From Eledone cirrhosa (Eukaryota): a DNA stretch of 64,000 nucleotides. Positions 25,180 to 41,047 of this stretch are shown here, piece by piece. The notes below the pieces were generated by a model. The model did not search any database. It worked only from the letters and a program-made list of their open reading frames with translations, and was not told the DNA's origin. The stretch spans positions 298,654,001 to 298,718,000 of the forward strand of contig OZ024741.1 in NCBI GenBank assembly GCA_964016885.1, read 5' to 3'. The number at the start of each line of letters is the position of its first letter. The stretch's first letter is position 1. The translations under genes and the position numbers were made by a program.

Positions 25180-25555
25180 ATTTTAAACATGGTAGAGGCC
25201 ATCTCGTTCCAAGTTGGAACACAGCCGATTTCTTCCTGAGAAAGAGAGAGAGAGAGGAGAGGGGAGGAAAGGAGAGAGAGAAGAGAGGAGAGGAAAGGAG
25301 AGAGAGAGGAGACGAGAGGAGAGGAAAGGAGGGAGTAAGACGGAGAGAGAGAGAGAGAGAGAGAGAGATAGCGTGAGAGAGAGAGAGAGAGAGAGAGAGT
25401 GAGAGAGAGAGAGAGAGGGTGGGTGGGAGATTATCCCCATTGTTGGAAGTTTATTTATTGCAATCGAAAAGATGAAATGTAAAAGTTAACCTCGTCGGGA
25501 TTTGAACGAATACTGAGGCATTTATAATCTGACGTCATAAAAGCTCTGCCAGTGT
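25180..25555 (-). mobile_element. SINE family A with an expanded internal (GA) tract
   Basis: CCTCGTCGGGATTTGAAC and ACAGCCGATTTCTTCC flank the purine tract. Confidence 0.6.
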
Positions 25556-26378
25556 GCAGATTTTGATGCCTGTAGTACGTCTGAATATGTTTGTATAGTT
25601 TTCCATTACTGAACTATATGTGATAGCAATCCTCTTAATATGTTTGTATAGTTTTCCATTACTGAACTAAATGTGATAGCAATCCTCTTAATCATTCTTT
25701 GGAAGGATTTTTGAATGCTAAATTTAAAGAAAGCAAAACAACTAATGTTTTTAAATACGAACAAATTATACTTAGGTTTCTTGTATAAGTTACAATAAAT
25801 TAATTTTGAAAGAATGTGTATCTATAAACACAAAACCAAAAGCAAAAAACAACACACAAACAAAACAAAAACATCGAGATTTAGTTAACACAAGAATTTA
25901 ATTAGAAACGCAACGATGCTAATTTAAATAAATAAAAAAACAAAAAAAAAAACAACATTTAGTTAACTTATCAATTTAAGAAAAGTTCATGATATGGAGA
26001 TGTATAGGGAAGTATGTCTGACTTTCTAAAGAGCTAAACAAGATCAAAGCAGCTACATATATATTACAAAATGTAATGATATATAGCAGTCAAGAGACAT
26101 CTTGCAATTTCCTGAATGTCGCTTCATTTCCTTTCGTCGCAATATTAGAAAATCTATGACTGAATCATTTCATTACAAATGCAAAAATATATTTTTGGTT
26201 AATTTACGAGTCATTGGAGGAATGTAAAATTTGAAAATATGTTTGCCACAATGCAAACCACTATAAGTAAAAGTTGATGACTATAAATAACATTTGAATA
26301 AATCGAGTAGAATACTTCTGGGCATCTTGAGCCACTTTTTTTAGTCTCCACAATAAATGTGTAAATGAAATATATATA

Positions 26379-26630
26379 GCCGGCGAATTAGCAGAGTCGT
26401 TAGAACGTCGGCTCTCTGCTCTCTGAGTTCAAATCCTGCCGAGGTCAACTTTGCCTTTCATCCTTTCGAGGTCGATAAATTAAAGCACCAGTCTAGTACT
26501 GAGGGTCGATTCTTCATCAATATCTCTTTCTCATTTCCCCTCTCTCTCTCACTTTCTATCCTTCACTGAAAGAAATCTGCAGTACTCAGGCTTGGGGAAG
26601 AATGGGCTCTGCCAAGTTGAAAATGCCCAA
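26379..26630 (+). mobile_element. SINE family A
   Basis: GAGTTCAAATCCTGCCGAGGTCAACTTTGCCTTTCATCC core. Confidence 0.85.
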
Positions 26631-26914
26631 GAAACACCCTATGTCAACGTGGCACCTCTACTACTTTATTAGGAGTTACGGTAGTATGCGTACATGAAAT
26701 ATATATTGCGTGTACTAATCTGCACATTTTACTCAAGAGGTGGCTGGTGGTCAGATTATTTTTAATCATGGATTGTTCTGGGATGTCCGTGACAAATAAT
26801 GATTCATTTAAAGATGTAAACGTTGTTTCAAGACAACAGACTTCCCGCGAACACACATACAAGCACACACATATTCACGCACACACACATGCATACACAC
26901 ACACAGGTGTATAA

Positions 26915-30346
<3,432 letters not shown>

Positions 30347-30390
30347 CACCTGTGTGTATGCATGTGTGTGTGCGTGAATATGTGTGTGCT

Positions 30391-30421
<31 letters not shown>

Positions 30422-30425
<4 letters not shown>

Positions 30426-31250
30426 AAATGGGGAGAAGAATACTGCTGGTTGCACATGGATAACATGTAATAAAATAATATAAGTCCCTCATCAGTGATT
30501 TGCCGACGATCATAGATATTTCATTGCATTAAAAATCATATACCTCACGTCGGTGCAATAATAACTAAATTAAGTTATTAGGACAATTAAAACGCGTAAA
30601 GCGAGTGAGACGAGATAACAACAAAGAGGATAGCTAACCGTAGAAGGAAGGGAACAAGCTTCATAGTTATTCTGTTAGCATAAGCTAGGTGAATATATGA
30701 GCGCTTAGAAAATAGACCTTTCAGCAGCGAATTCAAATGTGAGTGAGAAAGAAAATGATTTCGTTGCGAACGGGGTGAGTGAAAAGAGGAGAAACAGTGA
30801 GTGAGTGAGTGGAAGTGTGAGGAAGAGTTAACGGACATGACAGAGGAGGCGAAAGAAAGTAGGAGAAACAGAGGGAGCAGTAAGAGAGAGAGAGAGAGAG
30901 AGAGAAAAAAACAGAAGCGCTGTATAGGTAAATATACGTGAAAAAATGGGGAGAAGAATACTGCTGGTTGCACATGGATAACATGTAATAAAATAATATA
31001 AGTCCCTCATCAGTGATTTGCCGACGATCATAGATATTTCATTGCATTAAAAATCATATACCTCACGTCGGTGCAATAATAACTAAATTAAGTTATTAGG
31101 ACAATTAAAACGCGTAAAGCGAGTGAGACGAGATAACAACAAAGAGGATAGCTAACCGTAGAAGGAAGGGAACAAGCTTCATAGTTATTCTGTTAGCATA
31201 AGCTAGGTGAATATATGAGCGCTTAGAAAATAGACCTTTCAGCAGCGAAT
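30422..31250 (-). mobile_element. Non-coding 518-bp tandem unit (1.6 copies) between TA tracts; pLTR/retrozyme-like
   Basis: 30422-30732 appears identical to 30940-31250; CTGATGA on minus at 30489-30495 and 31007-31013; diverged relative at 9100-9255. Confidence 0.6.
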
Positions 31251-31571
31251 TATATATATATGTACGTACATACACACATAAACGCATATAGCTTACGACA
31301 TACATACACACGCACACACACGTAAATACATATATATCTATATGATTGCCTTCTGAAGAATTTCCATCGAGCGAATTTCACCTACAGGTCATTCATATAA
31401 GCCACGTATATACTCAAATATAAATTCAAATCTGTAAAGAATATATCTATTGATTCTTACTTGAGCAAACATGCCACGCAATATATATATATTTCATATA
31501 CACATTTATTCAGGCACATACATATGCACACACGCATTCCACACGCGCATTCCCCCCCCCCCACATATATA

Positions 31572-32102
31572 CAAGAAGTGGTACCCGGCGTTGCACGGGA
31601 TAAGGTATTTTGGAACGCGGGCCGCCAACAGACATAACCGTGTAAAAACTGCATGCTTGGACAATATGTAAAGAAAATAAACCGAATACTCTGATGGCTG
31701 GATAATCTTTAAGATTAAGCAGTCCAAGGGAAATAACTCTAAATGCGATTTCGAAGTCACGCCTCAAAAAAGCCCTAAAAAACTGAAAAATGAAGTTTTT
31801 CACCTAAGCCATAAAAAGTTAGATTTTCTTTGCTCACGGTATGACGAAGAGACTGACTAATACATAGTTACAATTTCAGGGAATCGGTCTGACGTAACGC
31901 CAAAAAACCCATAAAAAGCTGCAAAAAACCCGCAGTTTTTCACCTAATGCGATCCTAGGGGATCAAAACGTTGAATTTATGTGCATAACATTCCCTGAAA
32001 CATAAATAATACACATGTAAAGTTTTAAAAAAATCGGTTGGGTACTTCTCGAGTTTTAGGGATTGAAACTCACAGACACACACACGCACGTACACACACA
32101 CA

Positions 32103-32180
<78 letters not shown>

Positions 32181-32208
32181 TAGACATGCTCAGTTTTATA
32201 TATATAGA
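31572..32208 (-). mobile_element. Non-autonomous Helitron (same family as 18688-19581)
   Basis: Minus strand reads A|TC...CCCGTGCAACGCCGGG..CTTG|T, inserted in AT without a TSD. Confidence 0.8.
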
Positions 32209-32601
32209 TTAAGAAAATATATGAAGTTTCGTTTACATATAGTTAGTTTTTTTTTTATTGTTTATCGACTAGTTATGCGCGTTTCACAGAGTACTGGCTG
32301 CGGGTCATACTTGGAAATTATAGATTCAAATCCATTATCGAACTGCTCTTCAGATTGGCGAATGAATAAAATACAGTATGATATGATGACGTAAGCAAGT
32401 GATGGAAATACGTATTGTGATTTTTGCAACATTAAAGGAATATTTACAATCGGCCTTCTGATTTCATTGAAGTATTTAACTCCGTTCCTGCTCCAGCAAC
32501 AAGATACCACATCTACGATGGATGATACGCACATGTTGAGTGCTTTTGCATAATGCATCACGGTCTGCTAATGGGAATGAACAGATCTATCCAACATAAA
32601 T

Positions 32602-32636
<35 letters not shown>

Positions 32637-33349
32637 GCAAATATATACACACATAAATGCACCATAAACATACACATAATATACTCAAACATAAACACAC
32701 CACCACCCACCTTACACCTCTCACCTCCAATCTTACTCAAATACACGCAAAGTATTCACGCACTTACATTCGGTATACACCCATATCTATGTGCCTGGTA
32801 CTACACTCATACACATATACATACACATACACACGTACATATACATCCACATCCACACGTACATATGCATATAAACAGACGTTCATAGACATATATACTC
32901 ATGGAAATATTAGTTTTCCTAGTAGCCGCTGAAAACAGCATTATCGTTAAATATTGATTCAGCGAAAAGATTAAGCTACAGACACTGTAGGAGAAACACA
33001 GTTTTTCATTGGCAATCATCTGAAGTCTTAAGAAATATACAATCTAATTCATGTCTATTTGTTTCTATTACAATCGAACTTTGTTGAGATATCAAAAGAC
33101 AGTTCAATATCATTAGATTGGCGCCAATAGGCTTGAGTCACAAATTTCTTCTAAGTTCAAATCTGTTTTTACTGGAAGCTATTAAACTGTAAACTGCTTT
33201 ATCAATTTTATAGAAGACAGTGTTTAAACCAGTGGAATCTGGCCGATGAAGGCCATAAAGTTGATATGAATTTAAAATTTTTCTACTTTTTCTTTTTCTT
33301 TTTATCTCTAATTCTTTATCTCTCTATTTTCCGAACATACCTTTTAAAG

Positions 33350-33505
33350 AAGGAAGAATATCAATCATAATCTTTGCAGGACCCTGGTGACTGGTGAGGG
33401 TGGAAGGGATAAGAAGAGCATCAACCATGATCTTTGCAAGACCCTTGTGACAAATGGAAGTCGTGGGGAAGGAGGAGCATCAACCACGATCTTTGCAGGA
33501 CTCTC
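33350..33505. repeat. Three degenerate copies of an about 60-bp unit
   Basis: ATCAA(T/C)CA..ATCTTTGCA.GAC occurs three times. Confidence 0.7.
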
Positions 33506-34894
33506 GAAACCGGGTAGGGGGAAAGAAAATAAAACAAGACTTATGAATTGCTACAGTGGGAAGCAACATAAAGATATCAAATTGATCCATGGCTGGAGAC
33601 ATTATACGAGCTCTTACAACAGACTGATTGGTTTTTCACACAATTTCCGCCAACACAGTATTCTTGACAAATCTGTGAAGTCCGATCGAACCTAGAACCC
33701 CATAATTGTGAAGAAAATCTCTTAACGATACGATTAAGCTTGCGCCTATATTTCTATTTCTACTCCTCTATATATTAACTGAGTCGAAGTGTGATTCTAT
33801 TTTCCTCTTTATTCTGAAATGGTCGAATAGTTAAGAGGATCATTTCGGAACCATAAGGTCCGGTTTCGGCCCCGTTGCCTAGCATCTTGAACAAGTGTTT
33901 TTATTTTAATCTCGGCTCTATCTATCCAAGTTTTGGGAGTGGAACGTTGAATGGATTGTACCTGTAATTCAGGTCAGCCTTTTATTCTGACACAATGAAC
34001 CTAGGACTAAAATATATAATACGAGGTTCCTTTTTTTAAGATGGTAGGGTGTAAGCTGAAGAAGATTCGCATGCAATATTTAGAAAGCCGAGTGGTTTTT
34101 GCATTGGCTTTCAGTTGTTCATATGTATGGAGGATGTATTCGTGTTAGTGAGTTAACTCGATATGTGTTATTCTCTCAGGTCTAAACTGGATGCAAGAAG
34201 ATTGCCAGAATTTGGTTGTGGTAAAATCTTTAGTGAACACATTATTTATTTTCTTTTTCATACCTTGTGAGGCAATGCGTTTTCTTCATTTTGATTATTG
34301 TTATTTGTAGTTGATCAAACGGAGCCATTAAGACAGAGTTTATCTTTTTTTGTTTATTTAAAGGTTCCACCGAAAACACGTCAAAGAGTAGCATGATAGT
34401 GTTTGTTAGAAGAGAAAAATCATTAAAACACATGGAAAGAGTTTGACAATTTTCCTGTTATCTTTATTGATAAATGAAAACACTGTTTATTCATCAATAA
34501 AAATAACAACAGAGAAATCTTAATTTTTACATTGCAATTTTTTAAACAGGATAATTGCTATCTAAGATAATATGTTATTTTGTAAGGAGAGCAGAAAATG
34601 CAAATTACTTTAAGATCACAAGACATTTAATTTACTCGAATTGTTTCATTTAAAAGCCATACTAGATTTTATAAAGAACTTTGCTAAATTTTAATTTCGT
34701 TTTCAGTGTAAAAAGATTGTACAAAAATTGCTTTATAATTGTCTTTGAAGAGTATAGTCTTTGAGGGCAGCACAATCTGGTACTGGCATTACGAAATCGC
34801 CACGCTCGTTTATTACTTAATTCGAAACGATCTAATGAAGTAGCACCCAAATATTCCTAAAAGTTTACCTTGTTTATTTTTGAAAGTATCCATT

Positions 34895-35547
34895 GATTCG
34901 ACTTTCACTTGATAGGTTTGATGCCAAATGCTGCAAGGCTGCAAGGCTGCAAGGCTGCAAGGCTGCAATGAAAATCAGTGCTGCCAGAACTGAGACACTC
35001 GTCCTCTCAAGGAAGCCTGTGCAGTGCACTTTATAGCTGAATGGAGTTCCACTGGAGCAGGAAGGAGAAATTCGGGGCTGTGTTCACGAGTGATGGAAGG
35101 CAGCACACTTGTACTTAAGAATTGCAAAAACTGGTGCAGTAATGCACCAGATTCAGCATTCAGAAGAAGGGAGGTCAGCGTAAAAGCCAAACTCGCTATC
35201 TTCAATTCGGTTTTGGGCAATGACCGAAAGGATACGATTGCGAATACAAGCGGCCGAAATGGGGTTCCTCTTTAGAGTAACGTTAGTCGATAGTGTGCGT
35301 AACTCAGAGATGTGAGAGTCACTCCAGGTAGAGCCACTATTTCTCCGAATTGAGAGATCACAGGTCCGATGTTGTGGGCATGTAGTTTGAATGTCTCAAG
35401 AAAGAATCGCTGGACAGATTTTACGGGCAAAACCAACCGGCAAGAGACCTAGAGGTAGATCCCAAGGAAGATGGTTGGATAACATCCATGAGCTTGGCTG
35501 GTCACGCTTAGGGATCTAGCCTGATCAGTTGGAGATGGGTGCTTCTG
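34895..35547 (+). mobile_element. RTE-clade LINE 3' fragment, decayed
   Basis: VFTSDG, KAKLAIFNS, IQAAEM, GKRPRGR motifs; same family as 52240-53045; contains (GCAAGGCT)x4. Confidence 0.8.
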
Positions 35548-35626
35548 AGAAGAAGAAGAAGAAGAAGAAGAAGAAGAAGAAGAAGAAGAAGAAGAAGAAG
35601 AAGAAGAAGAAGAAGAAGAAGAAGAA
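35548..35626. repeat. (AGA)n microsatellite
   Basis: Directly visible. Confidence 0.97.
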
Positions 35627-36033
35627 GGTGATGATCTATTGATTCCGTTTGTGTCTCCACTGTTTTATATTTAAAGTTATTGGCATCTTTAACATTCATA
35701 TAATATTCCACAAAAACTGACAAATGGTCATCGATGTCATTCAATAATAGCCTAGCTCATTGTATTATGTTCTGTAATATATTATCTATTAGAGTATTTC
35801 ATTGCAGTGTAATTCTACTAGATCTGCAGATTTTGGGATGCCAACTCATGCTATACATAGCATTGCTAAATACTTCAGTTATTCAGTGCTGATTGGGATT
35901 TAACCGATCTATATAGAAAAGTCCATAAATGTGTATGGTCATTCGGCTTGATTTTTCAAACATTTCAATGTTAAATCTAGATGCACGCTCTCTCTATATA
36001 TAGATCCTAGTTCTCTCTATCTATATATCAATC

Positions 36034-36074
<41 letters not shown>

Positions 36075-36084
36075 CCACCCCCCC

Positions 36085-36122
<38 letters not shown>

Positions 36123-36128
<6 letters not shown>

Positions 36129-36624
36129 AAGTAATTAAGTCAAATATTTAAGATTTGGCTTCGTTTATTAAAGATGTACTGCTATATATATTTCGGTGAC
36201 AGCCATCATTGGCTGTGACCTCTTCAGGGAGTTCGAATTGGTGTGGTAGAGACAGGTACACATGTTGTTAAAGTGTTTTACTCTGTCAATACTCCGATAT
36301 GTCCAGCTCCTGGTTGGGTTGTTATTTCTCTGAGGAACTGGAATCATATGAATTCGAACAAACGAATTTCGGCATCATAGGACACTCTCTTCTCCCATGG
36401 GTCAGTTGTGAGAACATTCCTCAGTCAAAAGTCTATAGAAATCTTTTTCTGAGGCAAGACAGTCTGTTGTGGTTGTTTTTGTTAAGTACAGCTGACCTCT
36501 TCCCTTGTGTTTGTTGGTGGTAGGGGGTCAGCTGGCAGGTCAGCCTTAGTTCTACTGCTGCTGTCTTTAGAAGAATGAGTGTGTGCGTGGGTTGGCATCA
36601 ATCCTACCACCCTTTCACGTGGTG
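36123..36624 (-). mobile_element. PLE pLTR remnant
   Basis: HHR followed by a (TA)n end; perfect palindrome at the inferred 5' junction. Confidence 0.55.
36176..36234 (-). ncRNA. Type I hammerhead ribozyme
   Basis: GAACTCC-CTGAAGA-GGTCACAGCCA/TGGCTGTCACC-GAAA-TATATA-TA-GCAGTAC. Confidence 0.75.
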
Positions 36625-36666
36625 GCGGGGTGCCAAACAGATAATATTATCTGTTTGGCACCCCGC
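36625..36666. repeat. Perfect 42-bp palindrome with no spacer
   Basis: GCGGGGTGCCAAACAGATAAT|ATTATCTGTTTGGCACCCCGC. Confidence 0.97.
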
Positions 36667-36779
36667 ATATGGCAGTTTCAAAAAAAGCCTGCATGGCTAA
36701 GTCTTTAGAATAAACAGGACAAAGACAATGGAAAAACAACGGAAAGACGGACATAATTCACAATTATATTTTCTTTTAT

Positions 36780-37260
36780 CTATAGAGATTTCTATTGCAA
36801 TACATTCAAGTACACCAACAGCTGATGTCTGCTATCACCTTATAATTGAAACTCTTAACCACATACTAAACAGCAGACCATAATTATTGTTTTTCCTGTT
36901 CTTATAAGTCAATTCATATCCATTCAACGCAACATCCACACTATTCTTGGGGTCAATCAAAATAATCTCTGATATAGTTATTATATCGAATAGTTTCTTG
37001 AACTGACTTAACATTTCTTTGATGTTTTCGAAGTTGACATTTAGAATGCTGCTGTTAAACGGAATAATTGATATTTTATAGTCTGTCTCTACTTTCATGT
37101 TAAACTGATCATATGTGAAATAGTCGTTGCTGATATTATTGAAGAAATTATTTTCCAGATCAATATAATTTTCCATACCCTTTGCTTTATAATTTTTATA
37201 TTTGAAAGTTTTCAACCTCATATTCTGTAATTCTGTAATTCTTGTTATTTATTCCAGACA
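36780..37260 (-). pseudogene. CR1/L2-group LINE ORF2 N-terminus (AP endonuclease)
   Basis: DLENNFF..SIIPFNSSILNVNFENIK..FDIITISE..LNGYEL..NRKN..G. Confidence 0.7.
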
Positions 37261-37814
37261 AAGATGAATAACTATTGACAGGATAAATCATGCTTGTATG
37301 TAGTGTCTTTATTTATGGCCTCCACCGCCATCTAGATAACTCCTTACATTGAAATGTGTTTTGGCCTTGAGGGTGTTTGTCTAACTTATCTATATCTATA
37401 ATGGATACAGCATAGCCGAGTAATTTATTGAAAGTAAAATATATACGTATTTATCAGTATTTGTAGACTGGCTTTCACATAATTTGCGCCTACATAGTTT
37501 CACCCATTAGGCATGCGTGGATACGGTAATGTCACAGGCCGAAGATAATGTGCAGTAGAATCGGACCGGGGCCTAATGATTACGAAGCGAACTCCTTAAC
37601 TATTTGGCCGTGCTGCGTCTACATATGTATGAACGTATGCATATAAGCATAAATCTGCGTGAATATATATATTTATTAATAGAAAATTCCACGAAGAGAG
37701 TTACTGGATTTTAAAGTTTCTTATAGACGAGTTAGACTCGAAAATGGAATGAAATCAAATGGTGAGTTTTATTAGCACGCTACATCAATGCAAATGGGAC
37801 ATTAAATGTTAGAA

Positions 37815-38030
37815 ATAATGGTTTTAGGCACAAGGCCAATAATTTTTAGGGGAGGGGAAAGTCGATTAAATCGACCCCAGTGCGTGACTGGTACTTTATT
37901 TTATCAGCCCCATAAGGATGAAATGCAAAGCTAATCTCGATGGGATTTGAACTCAGAACGTAAAGGGCTGTAACTTTATTCTGCGAAGTATGTTGTCCGA
38001 CGCTCTATCAATACTGTCAATTCACTACCC
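37815..38030 (-). mobile_element. SINE family A/B
   Basis: Reverse complement of the core and head. Confidence 0.8.
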
Positions 38031-38341
38031 TCTGTTAGAAATATTAATAACAAAGATGTTGAATGTTTACTTTGTATAATAATCATCAATGTTTCGGGAT
38101 CAAATCCCTTTATCAAAAGAATAATTGAAGAAACTAATAGTTAATGGTTCACAGGGTAATATAACATTTTTACAGGTGTTCCCTAGTTCCACCTAACAGA
38201 TCATACAAACTAATAATGTATACATAGAACGGTGTGACATTGTTCTAGATGTCCCGTAGGTCCACCTAAGAGATGATACAAACTAGTGCAGTTAATGTAC
38301 AAAGGATAATCCTGGTAGATTTTCATTATCATTACTGTTCA

Positions 38342-38527
38342 GTGGCGGTGGATTGGCAGTATCAGTAGAGGGTCGGATGCCATGCTTTGCAGCACAGTTA
38401 CGTCCCTTTACGGACTGAGTTCAAATCCCGCCGAGGTTAACTTTGCCTTTCATCCTGACGAGGTCGATAAAATAAAGTACCAGTAATACATTGTGATAAT
38501 TGCTGGCCTTGTGCCAAAGTAGAAACA
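38342..38527 (+). mobile_element. SINE subfamily B with 17-bp TSD
   Basis: ATTATCATTACTGTTCA at 38325-38341 and 38528-38544. Confidence 0.9.
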
Positions 38528-38789
38528 ATTATCATTACTGTTCATTCTACTTTTCCAAAAGGCAGTAAATCGGAAGAGTCGTAAGGGTGTAGAATTAAAA
38601 GTATCTCGGTAATTTTTCACTCAGTTTAAATCTCATCAAGGTCAACTTCGCTTTTTACTCTTTTGAGGTCAATAAATAAAGTACCAATCCAACGCGGGTC
38701 GATTTTCACTCTATATCCTTCTCCCCCCCCCCCCCCCCTCTGAAAGAAATCAGGGAACAAGTGGCTCTTTTTTATCGGCTACTCAAAGT

Positions 38790-39110
38790 ATGTTCTGGTG
38801 GCGGATTCTGTCAGATTATGGAAGTTGCTGTTTCTCTGCACTTATCGATAGTGGTGTATAGCCGGCTTTGACCTTCCCAGAAAGCAATGGGTGTCCCTTA
38901 ATCGAATCCGCACAACACATGCAACGACAGCTCATCATCTCTATCGATGGAAAATGAAAGTCAGCCCAGTATGTAACTGTGGGATTACAAGACGTTTTCC
39001 CGGCGGCCTGGAGGCAGCCATAATACTGTAAATGGTGCCTTGGTCTGGCTCACCGGTCTCGACCTGCCTCTCTAGCTACTGCGCATATGTCATACAGCAA
39101 CAACAAGAAG
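38790..39110 (+). mobile_element. Ingi/I-group LINE 3' end
   Basis: GFDLPRKQWVSLNRIRT..LYRWKMKVSPVCNCG..RFPGGL..WLTGLDLPL*, then a short (CAA) tail. Confidence 0.65.
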
Positions 39111-39714
39111 CTCGGTAAAATATTTGAAAAAAATGTGTTTATTGAAATTGCTTGTTAATATGTGTTTCTTATAATTGTCTAAACTGAATGGGAAGTGTAG
39201 CGTTTTTATGATGTGTCTGGCTGTTTAGTAGTATGTTTGTGTATGCTGGAAGGTATGGGCCTCTGTCGGTTTCGAGGATGAGTGTTCCAGTTGTTTAATC
39301 AACGGAACCGCCTGTTCTTGAAATTAACGTGCAAGTTTCCTGAGCATTCAACAAACATGTGTACTCATAACATAATATTGAGGGAGACTCAAAATGACAC
39401 ATGTATTTCTGTGAAAGTTTTTGGGGTTATTGAGTGTAATGCTCTGAATCCGTGTTGTGAGTTGAAGAGAGGAATGTGTGTGTTGGTGCTATTAAGTAAA
39501 GCTGTTTCTAGGAAATGTATATGTGTGAAGTTGCTTTGGTTAAGTTGTAAAACCATAATAATTTTGTTCAGTTTCCAGGTCCTTGAGGTTTAACAGTGTT
39601 GATATATGTATTTTTGGACATTTCTATTGTATTTCTGGTATCAGATTTGATCTAGATGGAAAGTCTGTGTTTTGCATATTTTTTGTAACCGATTTTGCAA
39701 AATCTTTTGATAAA

Positions 39715-40095
39715 TGAGTTTTACTGCAGTTGAGATGTGGCTAAGTTAGTTAAAGTTGTGACGTATAAAGTAACCATGAGCTATATTAAAGTGGAGGTGT
39801 GACGTAGTACACGTTGTGACGTATGGGGTATGCATGAGTTTATTGATGTAGAGGTGTAGCTTAGTTCAAGTTGTGACGTAGGGAGTAACCAAGAGTTCGT
39901 TTGATTGGTGCAGTGTGGCTTAGTTCAAGTTGTAGTATATGGAGTATGCATGAGTTTTATTGATAGACAGGGATGGATTATTTGAAGTTGTGAGGTATGG
40001 CGCATGATGTGAGGAATTGAGTATGCTGTGAGATATGGGAGGGTAACCATAAGGTTTATTAATGTTGTAGTTTGCCTACATTAGTTGAAGTTGTT
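39715..40095. repeat. Degenerate 58-bp tandem repeat, about 6 units
   Basis: AAGTTGTGACGTA..GTA(AC/TG)CATGAG recurs at about 58-bp spacing. Confidence 0.75.
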
Positions 40096-40588
40096 ACTGT
40101 GATCTATGAAATAGCCATTGCTAAAATGTATGGTGCAACAAATTACTTCGTATGATTTTCTACTGTTTGCTTTCTACTTTATGTTGGATACAAACTCTTG
40201 TTTGTTTTCCGCGTGTTTTGTTTGATTCATCTACTTGACTACTTTCTTGTTTAGTTGTCTTATTTAGCTTTATTTTTATCGTATGTGGTGCTGTTATGTT
40301 GTGTTTGAAATTAAATCTTGGTTTTATAAAGTTGGGTCTTTCATTTCTGTAATTATGGTTATTTTATGTTGCCTGGAAGGATATCTTTTTTGTACTGTAG
40401 TACTTTTTGCGTTCTTCAAACCAACATTAATCTTGTCCCTGAGTGGAAGTGGTTCTACTGGGAATTCTTCGAATTTGTGAAAGCATTTTTATTTTGTTTA
40501 TTGATGCGTGCGTGATGATAAAGAGAAAGTGGCCGGAAGAGAGTTGAGGAGATGTAATTATGATAGTTAGGTGTGTGGAATTGAAACG

Positions 40589-41025
40589 GATATCTAGAGA
40601 CATCTGTTAGTTTGTTTGGTGAGATATGTAGATTGTTCTGGACATATGAGTGTTTTATTATGCAATCATTGTCTCACATATTGTCTTATCAGCATTGATT
40701 TTGTACCAGAGTCTATTGATTGTGTTGAAGTTTATCCTACTGATGGTGTTTGGGAGAATATTAAGATGTTTTAGTTAGGAGTGTGTAACCTGGTGGGATA
40801 AATTGTGACAATTTATCCCACCAGGTTACACACTCCTAACTAAAACATCTTAATATTCTCCCAAACACCATCAGTAGGATAAACTTCAACACAATCAATA
40901 GACTCTGGTACAAAATCAATGCTGATAAGACAATATGTGAGACAATGATTGCATAATAAAACACTCATATGTCCAGAACAATCTACATATCTCACCAAAC
41001 AAACTAACAGATGTCTCTAGATATC
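40589..41025. repeat. Perfect palindrome: 218-bp arms, 1-nt spacer (40807)
   Basis: ..GGGATAAATTGT-g-ACAATTTATCCC..; both arms end in GATATC. Confidence 0.97.
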
Positions 41026-41047
41026 GAAATTATCAACACTTATCACG

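Noticed and set aside
25585-25693. 53-bp tandem duplication (similar ones at 17540-17720 and 55312-55403)
   Set aside because: Ordinary local slippage duplications with no further structure
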